Assembly (NCBI GenBank): GCA_022821495.1
Contig: JAJEDN010000026.1
Location: 65,561-129,560, forward strand
DNA: 64,000 nt
Direction: 5' to 3'
From: Candidatus Poribacteria bacterium
Lineage (GTDB): Bacteria > Poribacteria > WGA-4E > WGA-3G
Shown: positions 25,328-35,479 of the stretch, piece by piece
Position numbering within the stretch: the first letter of the stretch is position 1
Layout: each line of letters opens with the position of its first letter
The notes under the pieces: model-generated
Database searches by the model: none
The model's input: the letters and a program-made list of their open reading frames with translations, nothing else
Told to the model about the DNA's origin: nothing
Program-made: the position numbers and the translations under genes

Positions 25328-28258
25328 TTACTCTTTTGTCTCCATCTCAATACTCCCATTCTTTTGCCAGTTATCAGCCTTTTCTTTTAGCTTTTCAAGG
25401 TCGTCCGGATTTTTGATGTCAACGATGTGCGGCGTAATGATGATCACAATCTCCGTATCTTCCATAGCAGTTTCGGTACTTTTGAAGAGTCGACCAATCA
25501 ACGGAATGTCGCCTAAGATTGGCAGTTTGTTTTCTACCTGTTTCTGTTTCTTACGGATGATACCGCCAACAACGATCTGTTGTCCATCTTCCACATCAAT
25601 ATAGACGCTAATAGAGTTGTCATCAGTGATAGGTGCATTGAAGTCAGTAAACTCAATGAAATTGCTGGCACTGATATTTTCGATGTCCAAGCCGATGGTG
25701 CGCTTACCGTCCTCACCTGCTTTCGATTTAGCGATGTAAGGGGTGAGATCAATATTGATGCCCACCGGTGGATCAATAAAATCGTAGTTAAAGAGTGGTT
25801 GTGAGACTGCCTCTCCCAAGATGCTCGTGGTATCAACGCTTTGAAGGTACGGAATGCGGCGACCGCTACTCCACGTGGCGTTCTGCGAATCTCGTGTTAA
25901 GAGGGAGGGTGTTGAGAGGGTTTGAACCTTGTTTTCACGCATGAGCGTGTGCAGCAATGCCATATACTCCTTGGTCGCCAAACCGAGGTTGAACCCGGAG
26001 ATTTCTTGTTCAAGTCCGAGCTGCCCCTCAAGGCTACCAATAAGTGGATTGCCGGGAACCGGGGATACACCGAAAATTTTGTTTTCTTGCGCCGTGAGTT
26101 CAATACCGAGTTTGGTGGTCTCGTCAAGCGTGACTTCAAGAATTTGGATATCTATCCAGACCTGTCCTCGCACAAAATCTAACTCTTTAATAAGTGCTAT
26201 AACATCAGGAAGGTAACGCTGTCGCGTCGTTACAATCAAAGTGTTGGTATCAGCATCCGCGAAGATAGTCACTTTTCCACGCAAGGAGTTAATATCTTGC
26301 TGCTGCTGTCTACCGGCATTCATAACGAAGAATCTAAAACTACTGAATCCACCACCATCTCCCTCACCTTCCCAAACCTGTTGAAGCACTTGCTCAAGTT
26401 GCGTCGCCTGGGCATACTCAAGCCGAATGGTTTTTGTTACCTCTTTTTGCCCTTCGGGGGTGGGGACATCCATAGAGTTGATAAACTGTGTGATGAGTTC
26501 AAAATTCCGCTGCGTAGCCGTTGAGATGATCACAGCGTTCAACGTCGGATACGCTTCAGCGGTGACATTGCCTGCCAGTGAACCTTGCGTCTGATTACGC
26601 TGACTTTGTGGGAGATAGAAGAAAAAATCCCGATTATTTCCAGAACTGCCTTGATACGTATTATTAATAACGGCAGCGACATTTGTAGCATCGGCGTACT
26701 TGAGATGATACATGCGGGTCCCCCACTCCTGGTCCGGCATGTTGACATCCAGTTTTTCGATGAGACCATTAATCGTTTCAAAGTTCTGTGAACTTGTTGA
26801 AATTAGGATGGCGTTGAGGCGTGCATCAGCGACAAGGTGAACTTCACCTTGTACACCGAATCCACCACCACCTTCAGTGCGTTCTCGGTCCCTGCGATCC
26901 CACCAAGGCCGGTCTCTGTCGCGGCCAGCACTTCCGCCTTCAAAAAGATCCTCTAAACTCGGGACAAGACTTTCAGCATCTGCATGTTTGAGGAAATAGA
27001 GCTTAATTTCTTCTTGGGTCTCCGCTTGGTCAAGTTCTTGGATGACCTTTTCAATGATAGAAAAATTACGTGGATCCGAGGAAACAACGATAATATTGAG
27101 TCGCGCGTTGGGAGAAACATTAATGACCCCGACAAGTCCTTCTTGATCCATTCCCTGTTCGCGTTGCCAGTTTCTTAATCTCGCACGATCCCAAGCGTCC
27201 ATTCTACGGCGGTTGTCTTGACTTTCACCAGTAAGGACTTCCCGGAGCGTTTCTGCGACATCCTCAGCAGCTGCGTATTGGAGTCGGAAAGTACGGATCT
27301 GCGTCTGTGAGGTCGGTGAGACATCAAGATCCTTGACAATCTCTTGGAGGAAAACCAAGTTCGCTTCAGAGGCTTTAAGGATAAGTGAATTGGAGTTGGG
27401 TTCAGGAATAATTCTGATGGTGCCATCAAGGATTTCATAACCGGTGCCATCAGCCTTCATCTGTTCTGCTGCCTCTCTCGCTTCTTCCGCAGTAATACGG
27501 GTGCCACCACTTCCAGATTGCCCCTCGTCGCGCCCCTCTCCTTCCCGTAAAATGTTTGTGAGGGCTTGTGCCAAACTATTGGCATCTGCATAAGCAAGTG
27601 GAACAATGAGAATCTTTAAGGGGAACCTTTCACCTTCGTCAGCCACTTGTAGAATTGTAACGATTCGGCGTATGTTGGAGGAGACATCGGTGATTACAAG
27701 CGAATTTGTTGCGGTGTCCGCGAAAATATGCGCCTGTGAATTGAGTAACGGTTTGAGACGATCCACCTGTTCTGAGGCAACGACGTTTGTTAATCGAATG
27801 ATATATGTTTGAATCTCATCAGTCATATCAACAAGATCCGGGTCCGGTGTAATGCTTTTGACGACACCTTTTGTACGCATCGCACGCGAGAAGGTTGTAA
27901 CCAAGAGGGTGCTATTGGTCTGGATGAGCGTCAGATCGTATTGCGTGAGGACGGTTTTGATTTGTTCGACAACCTCTTCAATGGTCACATCTCTGAGATT
28001 AATGAGTGAAAATCTTTTATCCCGAATGTCTTCTTCACTGGCGATGATAGTGAGGTCTGTTTCTCGCGACAGCCATTCAAGAACACCTTTGAGTTCTTGA
28101 CTGGTAAAGTTAAAGTCGAAACGGATTGCCCGACCTTCATCGTCGGTCTGCGCGACACGCATGGTGGCTTCTCGGTCCTGTGCTTGTGCCCCGACAAGTC
28201 CGGTGATAAGTAATCCGAAACATAGCAATGAAATAAATAGAAATCTTCGTCCTTGCAT
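25328..28258 (-). CDS. gspD: Type II secretion system secretin GspD (large, 976 aa)
   Basis: Signal peptide. Several secretin N-domains. C-terminal secretin core ending LPILGDIPLIGRLFKSTE...IVIIITPHIV. Low-complexity R/D/G-rich inserts. Confidence 0.9.
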   Translation of the reverse strand: MQGRRFLFISLLCFGLLITGLVGAQAQDREATMRVAQTDDEGRAIRFDFNFTSQELKGVLEWLSRETDLTIIASEEDIRDKRFSLINLRDVTIEEVVEQIKTVLTQYDLTLIQTNSTLLVTTFSRAMRTKGVVKSITPDPDLVDMTDEIQTYIIRLTNVVASEQVDRLKPLLNSQAHIFADTATNSLVITDVSSNIRRIVTILQVADEGERFPLKILIVPLAYADANSLAQALTNILREGEGRDEGQSGSGGTRITAEEAREAAEQMKADGTGYEILDGTIRIIPEPNSNSLILKASEANLVFLQEIVKDLDVSPTSQTQIRTFRLQYAAAEDVAETLREVLTGESQDNRRRMDAWDRARLRNWQREQGMDQEGLVGVINVSPNARLNIIVVSSDPRNFSIIEKVIQELDQAETQEEIKLYFLKHADAESLVPSLEDLFEGGSAGRDRDRPWWDRRDRERTEGGGGFGVQGEVHLVADARLNAILISTSSQNFETINGLIEKLDVNMPDQEWGTRMYHLKYADATNVAAVINNTYQGSSGNNRDFFFYLPQSQRNQTQGSLAGNVTAEAYPTLNAVIISTATQRNFELITQFINSMDVPTPEGQKEVTKTIRLEYAQATQLEQVLQQVWEGEGDGGGFSSFRFFVMNAGRQQQQDINSLRGKVTIFADADTNTLIVTTRQRYLPDVIALIKELDFVRGQVWIDIQILEVTLDETTKLGIELTAQENKIFGVSPVPGNPLIGSLEGQLGLEQEISGFNLGLATKEYMALLHTLMRENKVQTLSTPSLLTRDSQNATWSSGRRIPYLQSVDTTSILGEAVSQPLFNYDFIDPPVGINIDLTPYIAKSKAGEDGKRTIGLDIENISASNFIEFTDFNAPITDDNSISVYIDVEDGQQIVVGGIIRKKQKQVENKLPILGDIPLIGRLFKSTETAMEDTEIVIIITPHIVDIKNPDDLEKLKEKADNWQKNGSIEMETKE

Positions 28259-28396
28259 AACATCCGATCCTTTTTGATTTAATCAGATTTTCCTGCAAAC
28301 CTCACCAGAGGTTTCTAAGGTATGAATGCCATAGAGCCTCAGCAAGATTTAGACAGTTTTTTAAGACCTGAAACCGATCCACGGGTCTCGGTAAAT

Positions 28397-29641
28397 TTAA
28401 AATATTTGAGCGAGGAGAAGGATTTCAACATTCAAGTCTGATCCTGCATCTCCTTCGCGATTCCGACCGCGTTGTGATTCGGAACGCGATGCTTGTTTAT
28501 TAGCAGAAATTCGTAAATCGCGGACGGTTAACCATTTAGCGTTTGTTTCAATGAGATGGTTTAAGTTAACGAGTTTTTCAAGATCTGTTTTGAATTTCAT
28601 TTCCACGGTGTAAAGCCGTGTCTCATAAGTCGATGGTGCCAACGCAAGCTGCTCCAAAAGGATTGCAGTTTGCGACTGAATCTCTCCAATATACTTGACT
28701 AATGCCGCTTGAAGTTCACCTGTATTGGGGCCTTCCTCAGCGTATGTATCCTGGGCTTGTGTCAGAATATCGAGAAGCCCACTCTTTCTTCGTAACTGGA
28801 TTTCAACGGTAGCGGGTTTAGCACCGATACCAAAGATACCCGGCGTACCCGCAGTTTTAACTTTGTGAATTTGGGCTTCAAAGAAGCCTTGTCTGAAATC
28901 TGTCGCGCCACGAAGTTGTTGCATCACCATATTTTTCAGATATGCAGCGAGTTGAACTCGGAGCGGGATAGGTATTGTCTCTGGGAGCGAGGCGAATCTC
29001 CACGCCTCAGATTCTGACCCCTCTGTAGATGATTCTGTATCAGACACCGCTTCGTCTGTTTCGTCCATTTTTTCGTCAGTCTCGGATTCTGTATCCTCTG
29101 ACAGCCACGCATCCATCAACATGTCGAATGTTTCAGCTTCAGCCTCCTGTTCTGCTATCTCCGTAAGTTCTATTTCTTCTGTTTCTATATGCTTAAAATA
29201 GAGATAGAGAACCAGCCTCTCTCGATTTTGTATTGTTAATTTTTGGGTCTGTTTTCCGGAGCCGGGTTTCGTCAGGAGTTGGTAATTCTGTTGGATACCG
29301 GCACGTTTTATGAGCGCATCCACGCGTGCCCGAATAACGGTCTCCGGCAGTTCGGTGTCAAAAAGTGTCGCTGCACCCTGAGCACCTGTTTGCGCGGGTG
29401 GGTCTTCTTGTGCCAATCCAGTGGCTTTGTAAATCTCAGGTTCAATCGGTTTAAGTACCGCTGCAGCGCGGACCAAATTCTCAGTTTTCATCAACTGTTC
29501 TTGTTTCGCTTTGGCACCCTGATTTACAAATAAGCCATAGATGGTCGGGACACCCCGTACCGCGATTAGCAGCAGAAGTACAGCACCTAAAATGCCCAGT
29601 AAAACTCGGCTCCTGGGTGTTAATTGGAGATCCAGTTCCAT
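28397..29641 (-). CDS. Putative T2SS assembly protein (GspM/PilO-like) with long acidic insert
   Basis: Single N-terminal TM (VLLGILGAVLLLLIAV) followed by a coiled coil. Acidic stretch (EDTESETDEKMDETDEAVSDTESSTEGSESE). Positioned between the GspL-like gene and gspD. Assignment rests on position and topology only. Confidence 0.45.
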   Translation of the reverse strand: MELDLQLTPRSRVLLGILGAVLLLLIAVRGVPTIYGLFVNQGAKAKQEQLMKTENLVRAAAVLKPIEPEIYKATGLAQEDPPAQTGAQGAATLFDTELPETVIRARVDALIKRAGIQQNYQLLTKPGSGKQTQKLTIQNRERLVLYLYFKHIETEEIELTEIAEQEAEAETFDMLMDAWLSEDTESETDEKMDETDEAVSDTESSTEGSESEAWRFASLPETIPIPLRVQLAAYLKNMVMQQLRGATDFRQGFFEAQIHKVKTAGTPGIFGIGAKPATVEIQLRRKSGLLDILTQAQDTYAEEGPNTGELQAALVKYIGEIQSQTAILLEQLALAPSTYETRLYTVEMKFKTDLEKLVNLNHLIETNAKWLTVRDLRISANKQASRSESQRGRNREGDAGSDLNVEILLLAQIF

Positions 29642-29750
29642 AAATCCAACCTCTATAAATTCTATCTGTGTAGGCTAATGCGGTAAAACATCTGAAGCCT
29701 ATCTTCACGAGCAGACGGTTGAAAACCGCACTGCCCGAAACTTATATTTT

Positions 29751-29835
29751 ATAGGACTTACGCAGCCCTCTTTGCAGGCGGGGTTTGAAACCCTGAAGAA
29801 ACGCCCCAACAAAAACCCTGCAGTGCGTAGGTCCT
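29751..29835. mobile_element. MITE-like repeat, copy C (inside the T2SS operon)
   Basis: ATAGGACTTACGCA left end. TGCAGGCGGGGTTTGAAACCC core with the same insert as copy B. Degenerate right end TGCGTAGGTCCT. Ends 3 nt before the pilM/N stop codon. Confidence 0.7.
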
Positions 29836-29838
29836 GTT

Positions 29839-31623
29839 TTATTCGTCTTTCTCGGTTTTTTTATTTTCAAGTTCAAGGGTGTTAGACGAAGGCGACGCAA
29901 TTTGTAATTCTGCCACCTCTGCTGTTTTATCAATCTGAGGCTGAGGCATTGGATAGCGTTTCTTAGCGAATGCCCGAACAGCGGACGCGGTTAAGTTACA
30001 CCGCACCTGTACTTGGAAAATCTGTTTTCTATTTTGCGAAATTGTCGTAACCTCACCTGGCCGAACATTTGTAAAGACGCCAGATCGGTCGAGTGCGCGC
30101 AAAAGTGTATTTATAGCGTTATGGGACGCGCCCTCCAAATTGAAAGTAATTCTTGCTGTTTCAGGTTCATGAAGGTTGATAATATTGAAATTGGTCCAAG
30201 CGACTTGTGTTCTATCGCTAAACATTTCACTAAGCGCGTGCAAAATATCAAGCGGGGACACATTATGCGCTAACATCTCTGTGAGTGCCAATTCACGCCC
30301 AAGCTGCGCTTTCGCGGCTGCCATGGGTTGTGCATAACTCGCAAGGCGTGCATCAACCATTTCTGTTCTATGCTTTTGTGAACGTTGAAGCGTATAACTG
30401 CCAAAGAGGATACCACCGACAATTAAAACACCCAACCCCGCTGCAGCAAAAATTTGGCGTTGCCGTGTCGTTTGCGTCAACGTCGCGGCAGCCTCTTGTG
30501 GTAACAAAGAAGGTTGGAGCGTCGAATCTAAAGCACTAAATCCTACGCCTAATGGAACCGCAAGGGTATCGCCCCATTCCTCAAGTATGGTTTTGGTTTC
30601 TGCACCTTGAGGATCAATTTTAATATGTGGCTGTTGCTCGATAGCACGAAGTGGATTCCAAAAGGATGTCGGAATGTCAAGTTCTTCTTCTAAAGCCGCT
30701 GCCAGCTCAGGAACACGTGCTCCACCACCACACAACCAGAGCTCCGCCTCGCTTTCGGCGAATCTGGGGCTTTCAACACCATCGGTTTCTTCCGCAGCAT
30801 CAAAACCATCCGATGCCCGATGTGCAGTCGCAGCAGCAATAGAACGCCGTAACTCACCAACCAATTGGGCTGTCCACGCAGATGTAGGTGCTTCATCCGC
30901 CGGAATATGTCGTTTTTCTGCTTCTGCTGTTTCACTATTAATATTCAATTCCTCGCTGATATGTTCTGTGAGCTTGTCACCACCCAAACGGAAGCTCCGA
31001 GAAAAATGCAGAGCACCACCCTCAATGAAACAAAAATCGGTTTGTGAGGCACCAATGTCAACAACAAATGTAGGCTGGGTACATCCACTGTTTGCCGCTG
31101 TACTTGCAATAGCGATCATTGAAGGCGTGACCGCAGATGCGGACACACCGATCTGTTCAAGGAAATCCAGATAACTTGTGACTGACGCATGTCGGGTGGA
31201 TATCAACTCTACCGAAGTCGCATCCGGCGTTCGTCTCACATCATGGTAGGTAAAGATTGCTTCTGCAATTTGAAATGGGAGTTCCGATTCCGCCGCAATC
31301 GCAACGATATTCGCGAGTTGATCATCGGTTGCGGTAGGCAAGTTGGCTAAACGTTTTGTATTTACCAGAGATCTCGGCAGCGCGAGCACAACCGCAAGGT
31401 CATTCCTATTGAATAGCGAAAGCAGGTTTCCTTTTTGTGCCGGGCTGCCTAAGGATGCCCAAAGGTGTCTTATCGATTCAGCCACCTGTTGCTTGTCATC
31501 CTTGTCAGGGTATGTAACAACCCCCGCATTGGTGAGACGCAAAGACCCGGATGACTGTTCAAACTGAACCATTTTCGCTGTATGCGTGCCGATATCTATC
31601 GCCACAACTCGTTTTTTTGCCAT
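29839..31623 (-). CDS. PilM-like actin-fold ATPase fused to a PilN-like TM/periplasmic domain (GspL functional analogue)
   Basis: N-terminus VVAIDIGTHTAKMVQFE, with later DIGASQTDF and LCGGGA motifs (PilM/FtsA fold). TM helix IFAAAGLGVLIVGGILFGSY, then a PilN-like C-terminus. Confidence 0.75.
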   Translation of the reverse strand: MAKKRVVAIDIGTHTAKMVQFEQSSGSLRLTNAGVVTYPDKDDKQQVAESIRHLWASLGSPAQKGNLLSLFNRNDLAVVLALPRSLVNTKRLANLPTATDDQLANIVAIAAESELPFQIAEAIFTYHDVRRTPDATSVELISTRHASVTSYLDFLEQIGVSASAVTPSMIAIASTAANSGCTQPTFVVDIGASQTDFCFIEGGALHFSRSFRLGGDKLTEHISEELNINSETAEAEKRHIPADEAPTSAWTAQLVGELRRSIAAATAHRASDGFDAAEETDGVESPRFAESEAELWLCGGGARVPELAAALEEELDIPTSFWNPLRAIEQQPHIKIDPQGAETKTILEEWGDTLAVPLGVGFSALDSTLQPSLLPQEAAATLTQTTRQRQIFAAAGLGVLIVGGILFGSYTLQRSQKHRTEMVDARLASYAQPMAAAKAQLGRELALTEMLAHNVSPLDILHALSEMFSDRTQVAWTNFNIINLHEPETARITFNLEGASHNAINTLLRALDRSGVFTNVRPGEVTTISQNRKQIFQVQVRCNLTASAVRAFAKKRYPMPQPQIDKTAEVAELQIASPSSNTLELENKKTEKDE

Positions 31624-31779
31624 TTTTTATTCGCTGCCAACTATCGGCTATTGGAAACCGTCAGTAAAGGCGTTTTAAGTGAGCCATTCTCACTTTACCG
31701 ATGATCCCAATAACTGATACCTGACTGCTATCTCCCGCAACTGCCGACGGAAACTAACCGTCAACAGCCATTAATTAAT

Positions 31780-33339
31780 CTAATGCTGTCGCCAATATTG
31801 GATGATGATTTGGTCACCCGTCCGATCAATGACACCGATACAGGTTGAAACAACCTTACCTGTGGCATCAACGCCGGTTGACTCAATACGATAGCCGTGT
31901 GAACGGTAAGTTACCGAATCGACAACTTCGCGGAACGTCTCAAAGTTAATCTCCTCAAGTTCTGAGAGTTGTGAGATGTTGGTGAACGGATGACCCGTTA
32001 TCTCCTCTTCGGTAAAACTTAGGACTGGCGCATCATCTGGCGGATCTTGTTCGCGGCGCGTGACGATCGCTCGCGCTCTTTCTGAGTCCATTCCGGGTAG
32101 TAGGGCTAAGATTTCAGCAGACGCAGTGTTTATGTTAATCAGTCCGCTGCGGGTTTCTCCATCTGTAAGGGTTATTTTGTCAACGATACCGATGAATTCT
32201 TGCTGCGTTAACATTGGGACATCTTTAATAGCATCTATGTTCTGAAAAAATCCTTGTGCGTCCCGATGATCGATGATACGCTCGGCAATGCCTTGGTCAA
32301 CACCCTCCAGAGATTCCAAGGTCTCAACATCAGCGGTATTGATATTGATTTGTCCATCTTCGCCCTGTTCCTGTTGAGGACCGTTCCGTTCTTCATCGTC
32401 TTCATTTCCTTCATTTCCACCGGAATCTTCAGTCGTGATTTGGTCTCGGATGTTGTTAAAGAGGTCATCAGAAACCGCTTGTACATCTATGAGTGCAGAA
32501 AATCTGTCAAACTCACGCTGCTGAATCAGTGATTCCGCCTCAGCCTGTGAAAAGACAGGTTGCCCGCCACCTTGACCGGGCTGCGTTTCAATTTGGGTCA
32601 ATTGATCTGCTTCCGCTGTATTGACATTAATAAGCGATTCTCCATCAGGGTCAGTACTTGCGTCAAGAGAATATATGGTTGCTAAATCTACAAGCCCGGG
32701 ATGTATATCTACTGATGTATTCTGCAGACTTCCCGAACCCGCTGTTGAAGGCTCAGGAGATGTGCTTTGTGTATTGTCAGCACCTTGTGTAAGTGCCGCC
32801 ATTTGTTGTGTCCCGTAAAGGAGCTCAGAAGTCATCCCCTCCACTCTGGCGAGATCTCGAACAGTCCGATACGGCTGCCCTTCTACGATTGCGTTAGCAA
32901 GTGCCTCTGTCTCTGCTTCATCTGGTGAAGCACCCACCTGTGCCAGTAAATTACTAATCAGTCCGGCATCAGCGGTATTGATATTAACCTTTGAGGCTTC
33001 ATCCGTGATCGCCACGCTGTAGTTTAGGAATTTTCCAACCTGAATCCCATCTTCGACTTGCCCTGTGATAGGTGCTGCCCAACTCTCACCAAGCGAATCG
33101 AAGGGGGTCTGGTCTGTTTGCATGACCGCAAGTGTCCACTCAAATCCTGCCTTTGCAGCGTAGTGGTACTTTGCCCTATCCAAGAAATTCCGTTGGGTAC
33201 GCTGTTCTATATGGATCGAATAGAGCAGTTGTGCCGCCAAAATAGAGAGAATCGTGAGTATCCAGAGGGTTGAAACGAGGGATAATCCACGCTGTTCCTT
33301 GTAGAATGAATAGGTAAACCGCTTCGTAAATAGCATCAT
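31780..33339 (-). CDS. gspK: T2SS minor pseudopilin GspK (extended, 519 aa)
   Basis: N-terminus QRG/LSLVSTLWILTILSILA (prepilin-like, lacking Glu+5 as in GspK). Four helix-hairpin-helix motifs (VNINTAD, INVNTAE, ININTAD, ININTAS). Acidic/Gly-rich insert. Confidence 0.7.
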   Translation of the reverse strand: MMLFTKRFTYSFYKEQRGLSLVSTLWILTILSILAAQLLYSIHIEQRTQRNFLDRAKYHYAAKAGFEWTLAVMQTDQTPFDSLGESWAAPITGQVEDGIQVGKFLNYSVAITDEASKVNINTADAGLISNLLAQVGASPDEAETEALANAIVEGQPYRTVRDLARVEGMTSELLYGTQQMAALTQGADNTQSTSPEPSTAGSGSLQNTSVDIHPGLVDLATIYSLDASTDPDGESLINVNTAEADQLTQIETQPGQGGGQPVFSQAEAESLIQQREFDRFSALIDVQAVSDDLFNNIRDQITTEDSGGNEGNEDDEERNGPQQEQGEDGQININTADVETLESLEGVDQGIAERIIDHRDAQGFFQNIDAIKDVPMLTQQEFIGIVDKITLTDGETRSGLININTASAEILALLPGMDSERARAIVTRREQDPPDDAPVLSFTEEEITGHPFTNISQLSELEEINFETFREVVDSVTYRSHGYRIESTGVDATGKVVSTCIGVIDRTGDQIIIQYWRQH

Positions 33340-33350
33340 CTATTGCCCTC

Positions 33351-34268
33351 TTAAGGGGCACCCCCTGCTCCGCCACCAGCGGTTGCACTTGCTGGGAGAT
33401 ATACCATCGTCGATTGTGTCATACTGTTTGGTGGTGTCACAGGTTGATTTTGGGAAGTAAACTGTGTGGTATTTGTACTTGTGGTGCTGCGTGCTTCTCC
33501 TTGGACAGCTATTAGGATTTGGATAGCACTCGGAACACTTTCAGGATCGTCCCAAGAGGCGTTCCACACTTCCGCCTCGCCATCAAAATACTGGAGATCG
33601 AAATTAGCGAGTCCCGTAATGAGCGTTGCGACATCAACGTAAATCGGTGCCCCATTTTCGTCTGTTTCCGGGATTGTTCCGCCTTGTAAGAACGGACCGA
33701 TAACAACTTCTGGGTCGAGGGTTGTGGTTGTAACGCGAAAGAGGGCGTATCTACTATTCTCTTCGGCACCTATATCTTCTGTAGAAGCACCTCGGAAATT
33801 ATCGGAGTTCAGAATGGATTCACCGGGGGTAGGTTCTGCAGCGACAAAGTACGCTACACGTTGGACATCGCTTAAAAGTGGCAAAGGCACTTGTGAAGCA
33901 TTTTGAGACTGGAAACTTGAAAGCTGCTCCATAAAAGGGTCGGGATCTGTCGGAACGAGTGTGACAAAACTGAACATGTCCCTATCGCCTAATTGGCTGG
34001 GCGCATCTTGCGTATACAGGGCAAGCTCTGGTTCTTGCGGCGAAACCTGTATGTTTCCCAGGTCCGTTACGAGGCGATCCATCGCAAAACGACATCTTTG
34101 TGCAGCCAATATTTTTTCTTCTGTCTGATGGTAGGCATCCACAGCTGACTTGAAAGCAAAATACGCTGAACCGCCGATGATAACAAGGATGCTAACCGCC
34201 ATGAGCATTTCAATGAGGGTCAACCCACTTTCACTCGATACCTGAGGGGATATTTTTTCAATTTTCAT
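33351..34268 (-). CDS. gspJ: T2SS minor pseudopilin, GspJ-like
   Basis: Prepilin N-methylation motif SESG/LTLIEMLMAVSILVIIGG. Position between gspI and gspK. Confidence 0.6.
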   Translation of the reverse strand: MKIEKISPQVSSESGLTLIEMLMAVSILVIIGGSAYFAFKSAVDAYHQTEEKILAAQRCRFAMDRLVTDLGNIQVSPQEPELALYTQDAPSQLGDRDMFSFVTLVPTDPDPFMEQLSSFQSQNASQVPLPLLSDVQRVAYFVAAEPTPGESILNSDNFRGASTEDIGAEENSRYALFRVTTTTLDPEVVIGPFLQGGTIPETDENGAPIYVDVATLITGLANFDLQYFDGEAEVWNASWDDPESVPSAIQILIAVQGEARSTTSTNTTQFTSQNQPVTPPNSMTQSTMVYLPASATAGGGAGGAP

Positions 34269-34300
34269 GGCTACGGTGTCCGTTGAACGCTGCGAAACAA

Positions 34301-34738
34301 TTATCGACCGCCAGACTGTTGTCCTTGCTGCGTTTCGGCATTTTGTCGGTCAGCGATATAGGTGTTCATAGACATAGAACGTTCTCGGTTTCTATGCTGC
34401 CACGTAACGGTTACTTGAACCTTACGGACATTTTCAACTTCTTCAGATTCTATGTCTTCAACGATAGAACTCCAGCGGTAGCGGGTATTATTACCGAATT
34501 CGCCTGTTTCCTCACCTACATCTGGATAACCCGTCATTTCAATTTCTGCCATCCGAAATTTAAGAAGGTAAAGTACCGTGGTCGTGTTGTCTGAAATCCC
34601 TTGATTCCGTGCAGCAGACGCAAAGACGTGTAAGAGTGCGGGGAGTACCGCCGCCAAAATTGCTAATGTTACCAGTATCTCAACGAGCGTAAACCCCTCT
34701 TTTTCTCCCGATACCGAGTGTTTAATTAGTAGTCTCAT
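34301..34738 (-). CDS. gspI: T2SS minor pseudopilin, GspI-like
   Basis: KEG/FTLVEILVTLAILAAVL prepilin motif. 145 aa. Gene order. Confidence 0.6.
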   Translation of the reverse strand: MRLLIKHSVSGEKEGFTLVEILVTLAILAAVLPALLHVFASAARNQGISDNTTTVLYLLKFRMAEIEMTGYPDVGEETGEFGNNTRYRWSSIVEDIESEEVENVRKVQVTVTWQHRNRERSMSMNTYIADRQNAETQQGQQSGGR

Positions 34739-34771
34739 ATTTTTTAATCCTGGCTCGGAGATATTAGTAAA

Positions 34772-35473
34772 TTAATTTTCTGAAACTTTAAAGCCTAATA
34801 TTTCAACTTCTTCACGGGCAAGTTGTCGTACAATAACACGACCGCTCGCGGCTTCAACAGAAACAGTCATGACCTGATTTCGTGTGTTTTGGAGGTACAC
34901 GCGTGCTTCCGCTGAAGATGCGTTCGGTGAAAAATAGATGTACCCTACCCCCGAATCATTTTGAAGCGTTTGACCATTGTGATTCGTCTCCAGCGCAGCT
35001 AATGTAACGCCCTGATCCATCGGATGCGGCACGCCCAAAATACCACTCGCACGCCCCAACGTCCCTTGTTGAACAGAATTTGTTGTCGCTTGTCCGGGGA
35101 CGTTCGTATTATTTCCCGCTGCTGTTCCTACTGTAGAATTTCGGGCGGTAAGTGCTGATGAGAGTGGCGTACTTGGGTTAAATGTTTCACTCGAAGCAAG
35201 CCAACACCGACCGTTGTCAATATCAAAGACAACCAAATGTGCTGTTTGATCGGTGATTGCCATATCCCGTGCAAATGTGAGGAGATTCCGGATTGTAGAG
35301 GCTGATGCTTTTAATCGACGCGTTGTCGCGAATCCCTTCAGCGTCGGCATCGAAATTGCAGATAATATGCCGATTAGCACCAAAACAAGCAGTAATTCAG
35401 TGATTGTGAAACCACTTTGGGGTTGAGAAATAGGCGAGATGAAAACACCTCGCCTACCTGTCGTCTGTTTCAC
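34772..35473 (-). CDS. gspH: T2SS minor pseudopilin, GspH-like
   Basis: QSG/FTITELLLVLVLIGILSAISMP prepilin motif, followed by a GspH/FimT-like region (RRLKASASTIRNLLTFARDMAI). Confidence 0.65.
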   Translation of the reverse strand: MKQTTGRRGVFISPISQPQSGFTITELLLVLVLIGILSAISMPTLKGFATTRRLKASASTIRNLLTFARDMAITDQTAHLVVFDIDNGRCWLASSETFNPSTPLSSALTARNSTVGTAAGNNTNVPGQATTNSVQQGTLGRASGILGVPHPMDQGVTLAALETNHNGQTLQNDSGVGYIYFSPNASSAEARVYLQNTRNQVMTVSVEAASGRVIVRQLAREEVEILGFKVSEN

Positions 35474-35479
35474 TGTTTT

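Noticed and set aside
31624-31779. Regulatory element or small gene in the 156-nt gap between gspK and pilM/N
   Set aside because: It contains only short 5-6-bp stems, with no promoter-like hexamers, no ORF with an RBS and no repeat-family similarity. The evidence is insufficient to call anything.
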